Virus record (IMG/VR): IMGVR_UViG_3300001782_000005
Location: 186,001-250,000 of that record
Direction: 5' to 3' (one strand)
Length of the DNA: 64,000 nucleotides
The position numbers and the translations under genes are program-made. This document shows, one piece after another, positions 28,022 through 36,813 of this stretch. The notes under the pieces were generated by a model. The model did no database searches. It saw only the letters and a program-made list of their open reading frames with translations, and was not told the DNA's origin. Numbering within the stretch: position 1 is the stretch's first letter; each line of letters starts with the position of its first letter.

Positions 28022-28690
28022 ATGTCACACTTTTTTATTGAAAGTGCAATTATGCAAGAAGCTAAGTTAATGAGAGAAGAACCGGGTAAAGCAATATTTC
28101 GTATGGTTCTTCAAACTGCCGATCAAGTCAACCAGAATAAGAGGTTATATCCACAAGCTGTCCTAGCTGAGGGAATGAAAGAAGTTGAGAATCGTATGAG
28201 TCGACGCGCATTTTTGGGCGAGTTAGATCACCCGGTTCCTACAGGAAATCAGTTTGATGAAGTCAGACAAACAACAGTTATGCTAAAAGAGGTATCTCAT
28301 CTAATTCGTGATTATGATTGGAGGGGGAAGCAACTAATAGGAGAATTAGAGACGACCAATACTCCCAACGGAGCAATCCTTTTAGGTCTATTAAAAGATC
28401 GTTCTGGTATTGGAATGAGTATGAGGGGAATGGCATCCTTAAAAAGGATGAGAGAATATAATGAGGTTGAAGGTCCGTTAATGATCATTACTTATGACTC
28501 CGTATCCCTACCTAGTCATTCATCTGCAGTAGTTGACTTTAAAGAGATGAAGTTTGAGAATAAATCTTTGTTAATTGAAAACTGTGATTGTGAAACTGTC
28601 TGTACAGCAGACGGTACTTGTTATTTAGCAAATTATTTTGATAAATTAGTTGAGACTCGAATGATTCAATTCTTCAAGACTTGGGTATAA
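28022..28690 (+). CDS. Prohead core protease (T4 gp21-like)
   Basis: NQNKRLYP, GELDHP, SHLI, GMSMRG, ITYDSVSLPS. Confidence 0.88.
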   Translation: MSHFFIESAIMQEAKLMREEPGKAIFRMVLQTADQVNQNKRLYPQAVLAEGMKEVENRMSRRAFLGELDHPVPTGNQFDEVRQTTVMLKEVSHLIRDYDWRGKQLIGELETTNTPNGAILLGLLKDRSGIGMSMRGMASLKRMREYNEVEGPLMIITYDSVSLPSHSSAVVDFKEMKFENKSLLIENCDCETVCTADGTCYLANYFDKLVETRMIQFFKTWV

Positions 28691-28742
28691 GATTCTATCT
28701 TCCTACTGTTTTCCGCTTAGATAGAATCTGGGGATTTAGCTT

Positions 28743-29057
28743 ATGCAAATTAAAAAAACTAGTTTAGGTAAAAAGTTAGAACAAAACAAAAATCCATCCT
28801 CCGAGAACTTTATCTCGGAAGTCGTAGACAGAATTTTCCTAATTTGTATGAATGATGAAAATTTTCAAGCACGGGAAAAACTGCAGTCAGTTGAAAACCA
28901 AGTTGAAATTCAACAAAAGAAGGTTACTAAACAAGAGAACCTTCTAAAAGAAGCAACGAAAATTAGAACCGAAGTAACTGAAAAAATATCTAATATCGAA
29001 GAAGAGACGATGAGTCTCAGAGAAATGCTTCTCGAATCTTTAGGAAGTGAACTATGA
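28743..29057 (+). CDS. Coiled-coil hypothetical protein
   Basis: Between protease and capsid. Confidence 0.5.
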   Translation: MQIKKTSLGKKLEQNKNPSSENFISEVVDRIFLICMNDENFQAREKLQSVENQVEIQQKKVTKQENLLKEATKIRTEVTEKISNIEEETMSLREMLLESLGSEL

Positions 29058-29470
29058 AAATAGTTGAAACTTCAATTCCTGACGTTGATCTAAAAAACAT
29101 CAATAAATCGAAATTACATCTTGCTGAAAAAATAGTTGAGGGCGTTCATCCTTTACTCGACGATATTTATCGAGAAAAGGCAAATCAACTTGAGGAATTG
29201 AAGGAGCGTTATAAAAACCTCAGAAAAAGAATTTATAAAGAAAAAGAAGAACTAGAACAATTAATGAAGGAGCACAAGAGAAAGAAGAAGGTGAAAACTC
29301 TAGTTGAAAGAATTGCAAAATTGGTTTCAACTGGGTTAGTTCATGAAGGGGCTATGAGGAACCAGATGGTGGTTCTTTTAAAAATAGTCGATAATTTATC
29401 AGAGGAAAAGTTAAATCATCAGTTGAGAGAAATAACAAATATGGTAAGTAAGAGATTTTCAAGAGTGTAG
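29054..29470 (+). CDS. Coiled-coil hypothetical protein (possible scaffold)
   Basis: Charged helical protein directly before capsid gene. Confidence 0.55.
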   Translation: MKIVETSIPDVDLKNINKSKLHLAEKIVEGVHPLLDDIYREKANQLEELKERYKNLRKRIYKEKEELEQLMKEHKRKKKVKTLVERIAKLVSTGLVHEGAMRNQMVVLLKIVDNLSEEKLNHQLREITNMVSKRFSRV

Positions 29471-29500
29471 GACTACATTAATGAGACAAGGAGGTAGTAT

Positions 29501-30955
29501 ATGAAAGAACTCTTAATGGAATGCTACAGGACTACGAAGAAGATTTCCGGTATTGATCCATCAAAACCTGGAAATCTGAAGGCCGTACTTGTAGATGATT
29601 CCGCGTTTGAGGCTTATGTTACAAGTCTTGCTGAGTCCATTGAGGATAAGAAAGACCGCAAGAACTTCCTACAATTGGCTGAGAACACCAGGATCAACCT
29701 CCTGGAAAATTCAATGTTTCAGATCAACCCATATGAAACTTTGACTCTGCCAATTCTGCGCGTGTTTTATCCGAAGCTGATCGCTAAGGAACTTATCACT
29801 GTTTCGCCGATGGACAAACCGGAAACAATCAAGGCCTTCTTGACCGCCACCTTTTACAGACATGGTGACGCAACTGGGTACCCAGCACCCGCGCAGGCCA
29901 CTGATATTTCGCAGGGTCCAGCTGTTGGTACTCCTGTGGCAGCCACGATGCCTGTTCCAAGTAAGGCATACGATGTCCTGGCATTGATCGGTCTAACCAG
30001 CACAGAAGTTCACATTGAACGTGACTTCGAAATCACCGCTGTTAGCGCGGATGGTACTGCTTGGACCGAAGTTTCAATCATCCCTGCCGTTGAGGGTCAC
30101 TTCTCTGGCGGAGTAACAGTCACTGGTGTTGGTGATGACGTAATCTCCGGTAAAGTTGACTATCTCAATGGTACTGTTGACATTTCCAGTGCTACTGGAG
30201 TTGTCACCGTTATCAGGTTTACCTGCACTACTTCACTTGAAGAGAATAGGGTAAATCCATACGTCAAGCTGAATGTTGACAAGGTACGCCTCTATGCTAG
30301 GGATCGCCAGATCTCTGCAAACTGGACGATTAATATGGAGCAGGACATGAGAGCTCTGTTTGATCTGTCCATGCAGGCTGAAATCGTCAATATCCTTGGT
30401 CAACAGATCGCCCTTGACATTGATAGGGAGATTATCAATGCCTTGATTACGGGCAACACAAGGCTGAACCCAGCAACTCACCAGGATACCTTCAACCGTA
30501 CTCCACCTGTAGGATATACTTGGGGTACTAAGTATTGGCATGAGAATATTATTCCAGTTCTGAATGTGCTGTCTGCCCAGATCTACACAGACACTAATAT
30601 TGAAGCAGGTAACACCATTGCGGCCAACCCGCTTGATGTTGCTATTCTGGAAGATATTCAGACTTTCAATTACACTGGAACCTCAACTGTTGACGGTGAC
30701 TTCGGCTATCGCTCTGCTACTGTTGCAGGTGGCAAGTGGCGAGTTCTAACCAGTGCCGTTGTTCCACAAGGTACCATGGTCATCGTTTACAAACCAGTGG
30801 AAGAACTGAAGGTTGTCTACTACTACTGTCCATACGTTCCTGCCGTGTTGCATCCATACCCACTTGGATATACTCCATCTCTGACCATCTTGAGTCGTTA
30901 TGCGACTTCGTTGGTCAGGCCACTGGGTATTGCTACACTGACAATTGGAGCGTAA
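29501..30955 (+). CDS. Major capsid protein (T4 gp23-like)
   Basis: YPKLIAKELITVSPM, RQISANWTINMEQD...EIVNIL.QQIALDIDREII, YYCPYVP, TILSRYA. Confidence 0.9.
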   Translation: MKELLMECYRTTKKISGIDPSKPGNLKAVLVDDSAFEAYVTSLAESIEDKKDRKNFLQLAENTRINLLENSMFQINPYETLTLPILRVFYPKLIAKELITVSPMDKPETIKAFLTATFYRHGDATGYPAPAQATDISQGPAVGTPVAATMPVPSKAYDVLALIGLTSTEVHIERDFEITAVSADGTAWTEVSIIPAVEGHFSGGVTVTGVGDDVISGKVDYLNGTVDISSATGVVTVIRFTCTTSLEENRVNPYVKLNVDKVRLYARDRQISANWTINMEQDMRALFDLSMQAEIVNILGQQIALDIDREIINALITGNTRLNPATHQDTFNRTPPVGYTWGTKYWHENIIPVLNVLSAQIYTDTNIEAGNTIAANPLDVAILEDIQTFNYTGTSTVDGDFGYRSATVAGGKWRVLTSAVVPQGTMVIVYKPVEELKVVYYYCPYVPAVLHPYPLGYTPSLTILSRYATSLVRPLGIATLTIGA

Positions 30956-30978
30956 TTCGACAAAAAAATAACAACAAA

Positions 30979-31017
30979 AATAACCCTCGGGTGATTCACA
31001 CTCGGGGGTTATTTTTT
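30979..31017 (+). terminator. Intrinsic terminator after capsid gene
   Basis: AATAACCCTCGGGTG/CACTCGGGGGTTATT stem plus T-tract. Confidence 0.8.
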
Positions 31018-31023
31018 CGTTTT

Positions 31024-31257
31024 TTAGTCTTTCCATGTTCCTCCCTGTCTCCTCCAAGGAATCATACTCTCTTTAATGAAGGCGACTTTAGGGGAAATTG
31101 GTTTTTCCTCAACCTCTTCCTTTTTCTCCTCTGTAGAAAACCAGGCCAATAGAAAGCAGCACACCATTAATATTAAAGGAAGATAAACTGCAAGATACTT
31201 CATTAGATCCTCCTTTCTATTTCTGAAATTTCGATTTCTGGGGGACTTGCATCCCAA
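31024..31257 (-). CDS. Small single-TM protein
   Basis: Likely start MKYLAVY with GGAGGA RBS. Confidence 0.45.
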   Translation of the reverse strand: MGCKSPRNRNFRNRKEDLMKYLAVYLPLILMVCCFLLAWFSTEEKKEEVEEKPISPKVAFIKESMIPWRRQGGTWKD

Positions 31258-31339
31258 AACCAGGTTATTAATCTAAAACCCAAGATGATAAGGATAAGGA
31301 GGAGGGAAACCAAAGTGGCAATTAATCCCTTTAATGTTT

Positions 31340-31693
31340 TCATTTGATATCCCTCCATCTGATAACACCGGTCTCCTTATCGGGTTTGACGTTTTTCCAT
31401 TCAATTTTTGATTTCTTGTTATCCTCGGGTAAGAGATCGAAGATTTCTCTAAAACTTAGAGTCTTTACACCGCTGTCTGAAAAGTAATATAGGACCACCT
31501 TATCTAGAGTTCCTCCACGAGTTGCTGCATGCTTCTTTGCTTCATCGCTTTTAATTAAATTGAGGTACTCCATAGCAACAGCGAGTTTTGACGATAAATA
31601 TACATGCTCATCTGTTAAGTCCTCAGGTCCCATTCTTTTATTGAGACAGAATTCACCAACGACTGCCAAAGCGGCTTCTTTTTTTGTAAGCAT
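31340..31693 (-). CDS. Hypothetical protein
   Basis: Operon ORF with GGAGG RBS. Confidence 0.55.
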   Translation of the reverse strand: MLTKKEAALAVVGEFCLNKRMGPEDLTDEHVYLSSKLAVAMEYLNLIKSDEAKKHAATRGGTLDKVVLYYFSDSGVKTLSFREIFDLLPEDNKKSKIEWKNVKPDKETGVIRWRDIK

Positions 31694-31696
31694 AGG

Positions 31697-31999
31697 TTAC
31701 CCCTCCTTTTTCCCTAACCCACGACAGCAAAGATCGTGGTAGTTACAATCATCTCTTCCACACACCTCGACAGCTCGTTTGAAGCAATCTTCGAATCCGT
31801 TCTTTATCTGCTTTGCTCGTACATAGTCAGTGATACATTGATCACAGAGACCTCCTGATAGATGGTGGTTATTATTGCCTTTGGTAAAAATCTTATTTAT
31901 CCATTTTTCTTGCAGATTAAGAAGGAATATTTTGACGAGGCTATGATTCTCAACGTTAACCGACCAAGTATATTTACATTTTACACATACGTACTTCAT
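31697..31999 (-). CDS. Cys-rich zinc-binding hypothetical protein
   Basis: CxxC pairs; start moved to ATG 31999 after GGAGG. Confidence 0.55.
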   Translation of the reverse strand: MKYVCVKCKYTWSVNVENHSLVKIFLLNLQEKWINKIFTKGNNNHHLSGGLCDQCITDYVRAKQIKNGFEDCFKRAVEVCGRDDCNYHDLCCRGLGKKEG

Positions 32000-32036
32000 A
32001 AATAATAACCTCCTTTCCAAAATGTTTTATCTTAAT

Positions 32037-32051
32037 AAGTTATATATATAG
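32037..32051 (-). promoter_or_regulatory. Class-1 promoter-like motif (variant)
   Basis: AAGTTATATATATAG. Confidence 0.5.
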
Positions 32052-32072
32052 CAGGAGGTTTTTTATATAACC

Positions 32073-32112
32073 AAAAAAAAGACCTCAAGTATATTAATAA
32101 CTTGGGGTCTTT
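32073..32112 (-). terminator. Terminator downstream of tasA
   Basis: AAGACCCCAAGT/ACTTGAGGTCTT stem followed by T8 on - strand. Confidence 0.7.
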
Positions 32113-32134
32113 AAGGAAAGTGAGAAATGGTGAC

Positions 32135-33298
32135 TCACCTAGAATGTACGATACCCAATTTTTCTTCTTCATATGGAGCGGATATCGGTAGTCCTTCTAA
32201 CTCCCTCCACTTCCTCCAGAAGTCAAGAAGAAATATTTTGAGCATATAGCGAATACTCATATTCTTTATATGGTTATCGCTTATGATATTACTCAAGACA
32301 AACTTCTTTGCTTCTTTTAGAGTTGGTTGTTTTTTCTGTTTTGCCAACCATTTCTTACATAACTCATATTTCTCAGAGTTAATGGTCAGGGTTCCCTCAG
32401 AATCATGGGGGTCTTTTTTATAGAGGATTTGTTTTTGCCTTAGAGCTCTTATGAAGAACTCCCTTCTTCCCTGCATTCTAGTTCTGTAATCATAGAAAAT
32501 AGGTGAATAAATATTATCTTGCTTACGAAGGAAACTGGTTGCCAGGACATGGAGTTTTGTTTTTAGGTATGGGGAATATGTTATACTCTTCTTTGTTTTG
32601 GTTTTACCAGACTTATCTGTATATTCCCTATCGACTAAGTGGTGAGATTTCTTACTTCTACCTTCTCCTCTGACAACCTCTTCACCTTCGATCTCATCTA
32701 GAGTCCATACCACGTCAAGACCAGCATAACTCCAAAATGCGGTGACATGGTTTGCCCTATGAGGATCAAGTTCGCTCACAAGAACGCCGCCCATTGTAGG
32801 ACCAACTCCTTCAAGTCCTTTCAGGAATTCTGTCCAGATTGGAAACTCATCAAGAAATTTCTCAATTTGCTTATTGATCTTGTACTCCTGTTTGACAAGA
32901 GATATATAGGTGTCAACAAATATAAACATAATTTCACCAGAGATTATACCAGGGTGTGCATCCTTCATAATCTTAGGAATCTCTTTCATGTTTATCACAA
33001 CACCGTCAGTGATTCTCTTGTATTCTCTAGAGATAAGTCCCATTAACTCTTTTGGGAGACCATAAAGACCTTCTTTCTTTTCTCCCGGTTTTAGTCCAAA
33101 GCGACGATATAGATTACCAAGAATCCTATTTCCCATCCTGATCCTATCCCTCTGAATATCGTCATATCCTCTAATTAATCCTCTCAATTCAATCTTTGGA
33201 CTCCACAACTCAGGTACAGGTTGCACAGGTATGCTAAAACCTCTGCCCTTGAAAACATCTGCGATTGATTTTATAGGTTCTAAAACTTCCTTAGCCAT
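32135..33298 (-). CDS. tasA: TasA-like Nop/IS110-related RNA-binding protein without recognisable nuclease domain
   Basis: Coiled coil LRGLIRGYDDIQRDRIRMGNR, then IWTEFLKGLEGVGPTMGG, AFWSYAGL, YSPYLKTKL, RYMLKIFLLD; no N-terminal DEDD RuvC, no IS110 SG catalytic loop, no HNH motif seen; abuts dual-repeat array. Confidence 0.8.
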   Translation of the reverse strand: MAKEVLEPIKSIADVFKGRGFSIPVQPVPELWSPKIELRGLIRGYDDIQRDRIRMGNRILGNLYRRFGLKPGEKKEGLYGLPKELMGLISREYKRITDGVVINMKEIPKIMKDAHPGIISGEIMFIFVDTYISLVKQEYKINKQIEKFLDEFPIWTEFLKGLEGVGPTMGGVLVSELDPHRANHVTAFWSYAGLDVVWTLDEIEGEEVVRGEGRSKKSHHLVDREYTDKSGKTKTKKSITYSPYLKTKLHVLATSFLRKQDNIYSPIFYDYRTRMQGRREFFIRALRQKQILYKKDPHDSEGTLTINSEKYELCKKWLAKQKKQPTLKEAKKFVLSNIISDNHIKNMSIRYMLKIFLLDFWRKWRELEGLPISAPYEEEKLGIVHSR

Positions 33299-33310
33299 AA
33301 CACTTCTCCT

Positions 33311-34838
33311 TGGTTCACTATATATATATGGGATTCTTTAATTCGATGGTTCACTCTACGTGCCGGTACGTCTCGATTCTTTGGAATCGGAAACACGCTT
33401 CTCTTGGTACACTACAATTTATTGATTTTTCTTATTCCTTGGTACACTTTTTCTTCTAGATTTTTTAAGAGATATAGGTTCACTCATGTTCGTTGGATAC
33501 TGCGGACTTCTGGTTCACTCCGGATGTTTGAATTTTATCAAATGATGGTTCACTGCCAACAAATGGTTTTTCCTTGCCAATACGGTTCACTTTTGAGTTC
33601 TGATTTTTTTGTGCTTGAAGGTCCACTTTATAGAAATGGGTTGCTGTAATTACATGGTTTACTAACACCCACAGGATTTCTCCCAATTCTAGGTTCACTT
33701 TTTTCTTCGGAATATTCTCCCCCACCTGGTTCACTTATCGTCTTAGGTTGTTTATCCATTCCGGGTTCACTCGGCAATTGGGTTTTTACTACGTAACTTG
33801 GTCCACTCCAACGCGCTGGGTTTCTGCGAGAGGACGGTTCACTCTTTTTTCAGGTTAATCTCCCCCACTTGGTTCACTCAAATTTTTGGGTTTCTGACAT
33901 TTTATGGTCCACTCCGTGTCGCTGGATTCCTCTGCTCCCTGTTGGTTCACTATTCAAAAATTGGTTTTTTTCCTTAGATTGGTTCACTCCGGCGCACTGG
34001 GTTTCTGTTGCTGGGTGGTTCACTTGGTGAATGTGAATTATTACAGGGGAATGGTCCACTTTATCATATTAGATTTTTTTCGTCGTTGGTTCACTTTGAA
34101 AAATGGGTTTGCATGACTTTTTGGGTTCACTCAGTCATCATGAATAACTGCCTTCAACTGGTTCACTGCAGCTCCCAGGTTTTCTCCGGGCTTATTGGTT
34201 CACTGGACTATAATGGTTTAGCTGTAGACTTTGGTTCACTTTCATGTACGGGATTTTCTAGCCAACGTAGGTACACTCCTTGCATCGGTTACCTGATATG
34301 CTATGGTTCACTTAACAATGATGATTTTTTGTGTCTTTATCTGGTTCACTTTCCAACGATGGGTTACTTCGCCAAAACGGTCCACTCAAAAATCCTGGTC
34401 TTCTGGCCTCGCTTGGTTCACACTAATTTCGGATTGGTACACTCTAAGGTGCCCTGCACCGACTGGTTTTTTACACTTTCCTTGAATGGTTTTCTCGCCC
34501 AGACCGGTTCATTCCCGTTTTCTGGTTATTATCCTCACTTCTGATTCACTCGCCACGTCTGAGTTTTTTGATCACTACTGGTTCACTTTCGTCATTTGAT
34601 TTCTGCTCAATTTTGGTTCACTTAAGATTCTTAGATACTTCTTTATCTTGGTTCACTAGACTGATTGGATTAATTGTACCACAGGTTCACTCGGCGGGTA
34701 TGAATTTTTCTGGATGCATGGTTCACTCATTCTGTTTAGATACTGATAAAGTTAGGTTCACTGAGGTTAGGAGGGTTCCTATTTCTCTCCTTTGGTTCAC
34801 TCTCTCGCTCAGGTAATCTGTTTCACGATGGTTCACTT
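33311..34838 (-). repeat. TIGR-type dual-repeat guide RNA array, about 42 edge repeats and ~36-nt units
   Basis: - strand unit = AGTGAACCA + ~9 nt spacer A + AGAAACCCA-like loop repeat + ~9 nt spacer B; e.g. + strand 33980 TGGTTCACT-CCGGCGCAC-TGGGTTTCT-GTTGCTGGG-TGGTTCACT 34024. Confidence 0.88.
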
Positions 34839-34854
34839 TGCAGAATAAATTACT

Positions 34855-34887
34855 AAAAAAAAGTACTCATAACGAGTACCTTTTTTT
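34855..34887. terminator. Bidirectional hairpin between tRNA-like RNA and array
   Basis: A8-GTACTC-ATAAC-GAGTAC-C-T7. Confidence 0.7.
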
Positions 34888-34895
34888 CTAAAGGG

Positions 34896-35038
34896 TGGTA
34901 GGGGGTGGGAATCGAACCCAAAGACGGTATTGGCAGTTGAAAGGAGGAAAGACCGCCAACTTTGGAAAAGAGTCCTCCCGACCGTCTTGGATGGTGGTAG
35001 AACAACCATCCAGCATTCCGGTTGCCATTCCCCCTACC
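34896..35038 (-). ncRNA. tRNA-like RNA with 9-bp acceptor, 4-bp T-stem and very long branched variable arm
   Basis: GGTAGGGGG/CCCCCTACC-A, TGGG-TTCGATT-CCCA T-arm, GGATGG/CCATCC arm, AGACGGT/ACCGTCT variable stem. Confidence 0.7.
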
Positions 35039-35076
35039 ATTAGAGTTTCCTGTGTATCTCTCATATGCGCCTCTCT

Positions 35077-35385
35077 CTAATTATAGGAAGAACGGCCTTC
35101 GGATTTGCTGTCTATTAGTCCGATATCCGAAAGTTCCAAATCAATCTCTGCTTCGATTCTTAATAATTCTAACTTATTATGGTACTTTATGTACACTTTT
35201 GTGGAAACAATTATTAGTGATATTCCACATAATATCGAAATGACTGTAATACTATACCAATAGTATCCCAGTCTACTTACATGGATAAGGAGACCAATGA
35301 CTGAACCAACAAACATTGATAACAGTCCAGTTATCCATGCGGCAACAGCTACTGCTGTGAGCACCACGTGTCTAAGTTTAAACAT
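35077..35385 (-). CDS. Two-TM membrane protein
   Basis: Hydrophobic helices. Confidence 0.55.
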   Translation of the reverse strand: MFKLRHVVLTAVAVAAWITGLLSMFVGSVIGLLIHVSRLGYYWYSITVISILCGISLIIVSTKVYIKYHNKLELLRIEAEIDLELSDIGLIDSKSEGRSSYN

Positions 35386-35592
35386 AACATCCTCTCCCCT
35401 CCCTAGAAAACGGAGAAGCCCCCGTCTGTCTCCTTAGTTATTGTAAAAGTACCATGGTCTCTGGTACCGACTAACCAACTGTTAGAGGTCTTGAGATCAA
35501 TTTTAATTACTTCAACTTTCTCGTTAAGATGTCTCCCTATCACATCTTCAAAGACTTTTCTCATGTTAATTAGCATATTATTCCTCTACAAA

Positions 35593-35961
35593 TTAGATGT
35601 TGACTCTTGCTTCTCTGATCTTCTTTGACAAATATTCCTTATTATTTGTTCTAAAGAAGATATCGAACCATTCATTGTCCAAATTTAAATTACTATAAAA
35701 ATGACAGACAGTAAGGTTGTTTTGTCTTGCTCTCATGAGAAATCCACCAAGACTTGTAAGCAACCCTGAGGTTCCAAATGCTTTAGCAGCTTCTTCATCT
35801 GTAGTAGGCCACATTTCATTCTTTAATGCCTCTATTGTAAGTCTGACATTCTCAACATCATCTTCTGTATAGGTAAATACAGAATCAACATGATAAATCA
35901 ATTCTCCTGTTTCAAGACTTTTACGTTCGTTAACTCGTAAACCAATTAGGTAGTGATACAT
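35593..35961 (-). CDS. Hypothetical protein
   Basis: ORF only. Confidence 0.55.
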   Translation of the reverse strand: MYHYLIGLRVNERKSLETGELIYHVDSVFTYTEDDVENVRLTIEALKNEMWPTTDEEAAKAFGTSGLLTSLGGFLMRARQNNLTVCHFYSNLNLDNEWFDIFFRTNNKEYLSKKIREARVNI

Positions 35962-36013
35962 AGCTAACTCCAGAACAAAATATAAATGCTCAAATCGAGA
36001 AAGGAGAAACTCA

Positions 36014-36718
36014 ATGAAATATCCCGAATTTAGCGAGAAGGGTGAAGTAATTTGTCAAGAGTGTGGAGGAGCCTACAAAGTATTAACTGGATCCCACACT
36101 CGGAGAAAACACAACATGTCTATTGATGAATATAAGGCGAAATATCCTGATGCACCAACTTCTGGAAAGATGTTCTCCTTAACAATGTCACAGGTACAAT
36201 CTAAACCTGAGATTTTCAAAGAGAAACCTGTTGAAGTTGATTTAAACCAAACCGGTGAAGACGACGTAATTACTGACGACGAAGTATTAGATGATGAGCA
36301 TGCCCCGACAATTGAAGAAATTCAAGAAAAACTTCAAGATACAGATCTAAGCGATCTCTTCCAAAGTGATGAAGTTAAGGATCCTGAACCATATAATGTT
36401 GAGGATGAAGATGTTCGAAGTCCAAGAGATAAAATTCAAATTCTCAAATTTTTGAGACAGAAGTATCCCTTTATTCAGAACAACTATCTGATAAAGAAAT
36501 TCCTCATGACAAATCATCTTGAATATGAATTTATCACAGATATGGCTGACCCTATAAATAAGATCGACTTTGAATTCCCAAATGCCTTTTGGCACAACAG
36601 GATGGCCTTTGAAGATCCTCGTAGAAATGAAAAATTGAAACGAGATGGTTGGAAGATTATCACTGTCAACTCAAGGGTTCCAAAGGTTAGTGAGGTTCAG
36701 AAACTAATTTCCAAATAA
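36014..36718 (+). CDS. MucR/Ros-like zinc finger plus Vsr/DUF559-like endonuclease domain
   Basis: [27 protein letters not shown]; C-terminal FWH...D..R...[10 protein letters not shown]; class-2 motif at 35973-35986. Confidence 0.55.
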   Translation: MKYPEFSEKGEVICQECGGAYKVLTGSHTRRKHNMSIDEYKAKYPDAPTSGKMFSLTMSQVQSKPEIFKEKPVEVDLNQTGEDDVITDDEVLDDEHAPTIEEIQEKLQDTDLSDLFQSDEVKDPEPYNVEDEDVRSPRDKIQILKFLRQKYPFIQNNYLIKKFLMTNHLEYEFITDMADPINKIDFEFPNAFWHNRMAFEDPRRNEKLKRDGWKIITVNSRVPKVSEVQKLISK

Positions 36719-36778
36719 GTGTAGAACAAATAACAAATTACTATCTCACTTAACGAGAAGAATTTACCACTCAGTTAC

Positions 36779-36813
36779 GGGGTGATGCTAAAAGGGCGTC
36801 ACCCCAATTTTTT
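36779..36813. terminator. Terminator between convergent genes
   Basis: GGGGTGATGC/GCGTCACCCC stem plus T-rich tail. Confidence 0.65.

Noticed and set aside
32135-33298. Active IS110/IS1111 transposase
   Set aside because: No N-terminal DEDD RuvC domain or catalytic SG loop, and it is paired with a multi-unit array rather than a single bridge RNA.
33311-34838. CRISPR array
   Set aside because: Repeats are only ~9 nt, of two alternating types with ~9-nt spacers; no 25-40 nt palindromic repeat and no cas genes. Fits TIGR instead.
34896-35038. tRNA-Sec serving the UGA in dCMP deaminase
   Set aside because: Geometry is Sec-like but the anticodon arm has no UCA in a 7-nt loop.
33404-35243. ORFs called across the array and tRNA-like RNA (e.g. 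34008..34544, 33480..33734, 34895..35080)
   Set aside because: Periodic VH/GS/WFT translations are by-products of the nucleotide repeat; no RBS.
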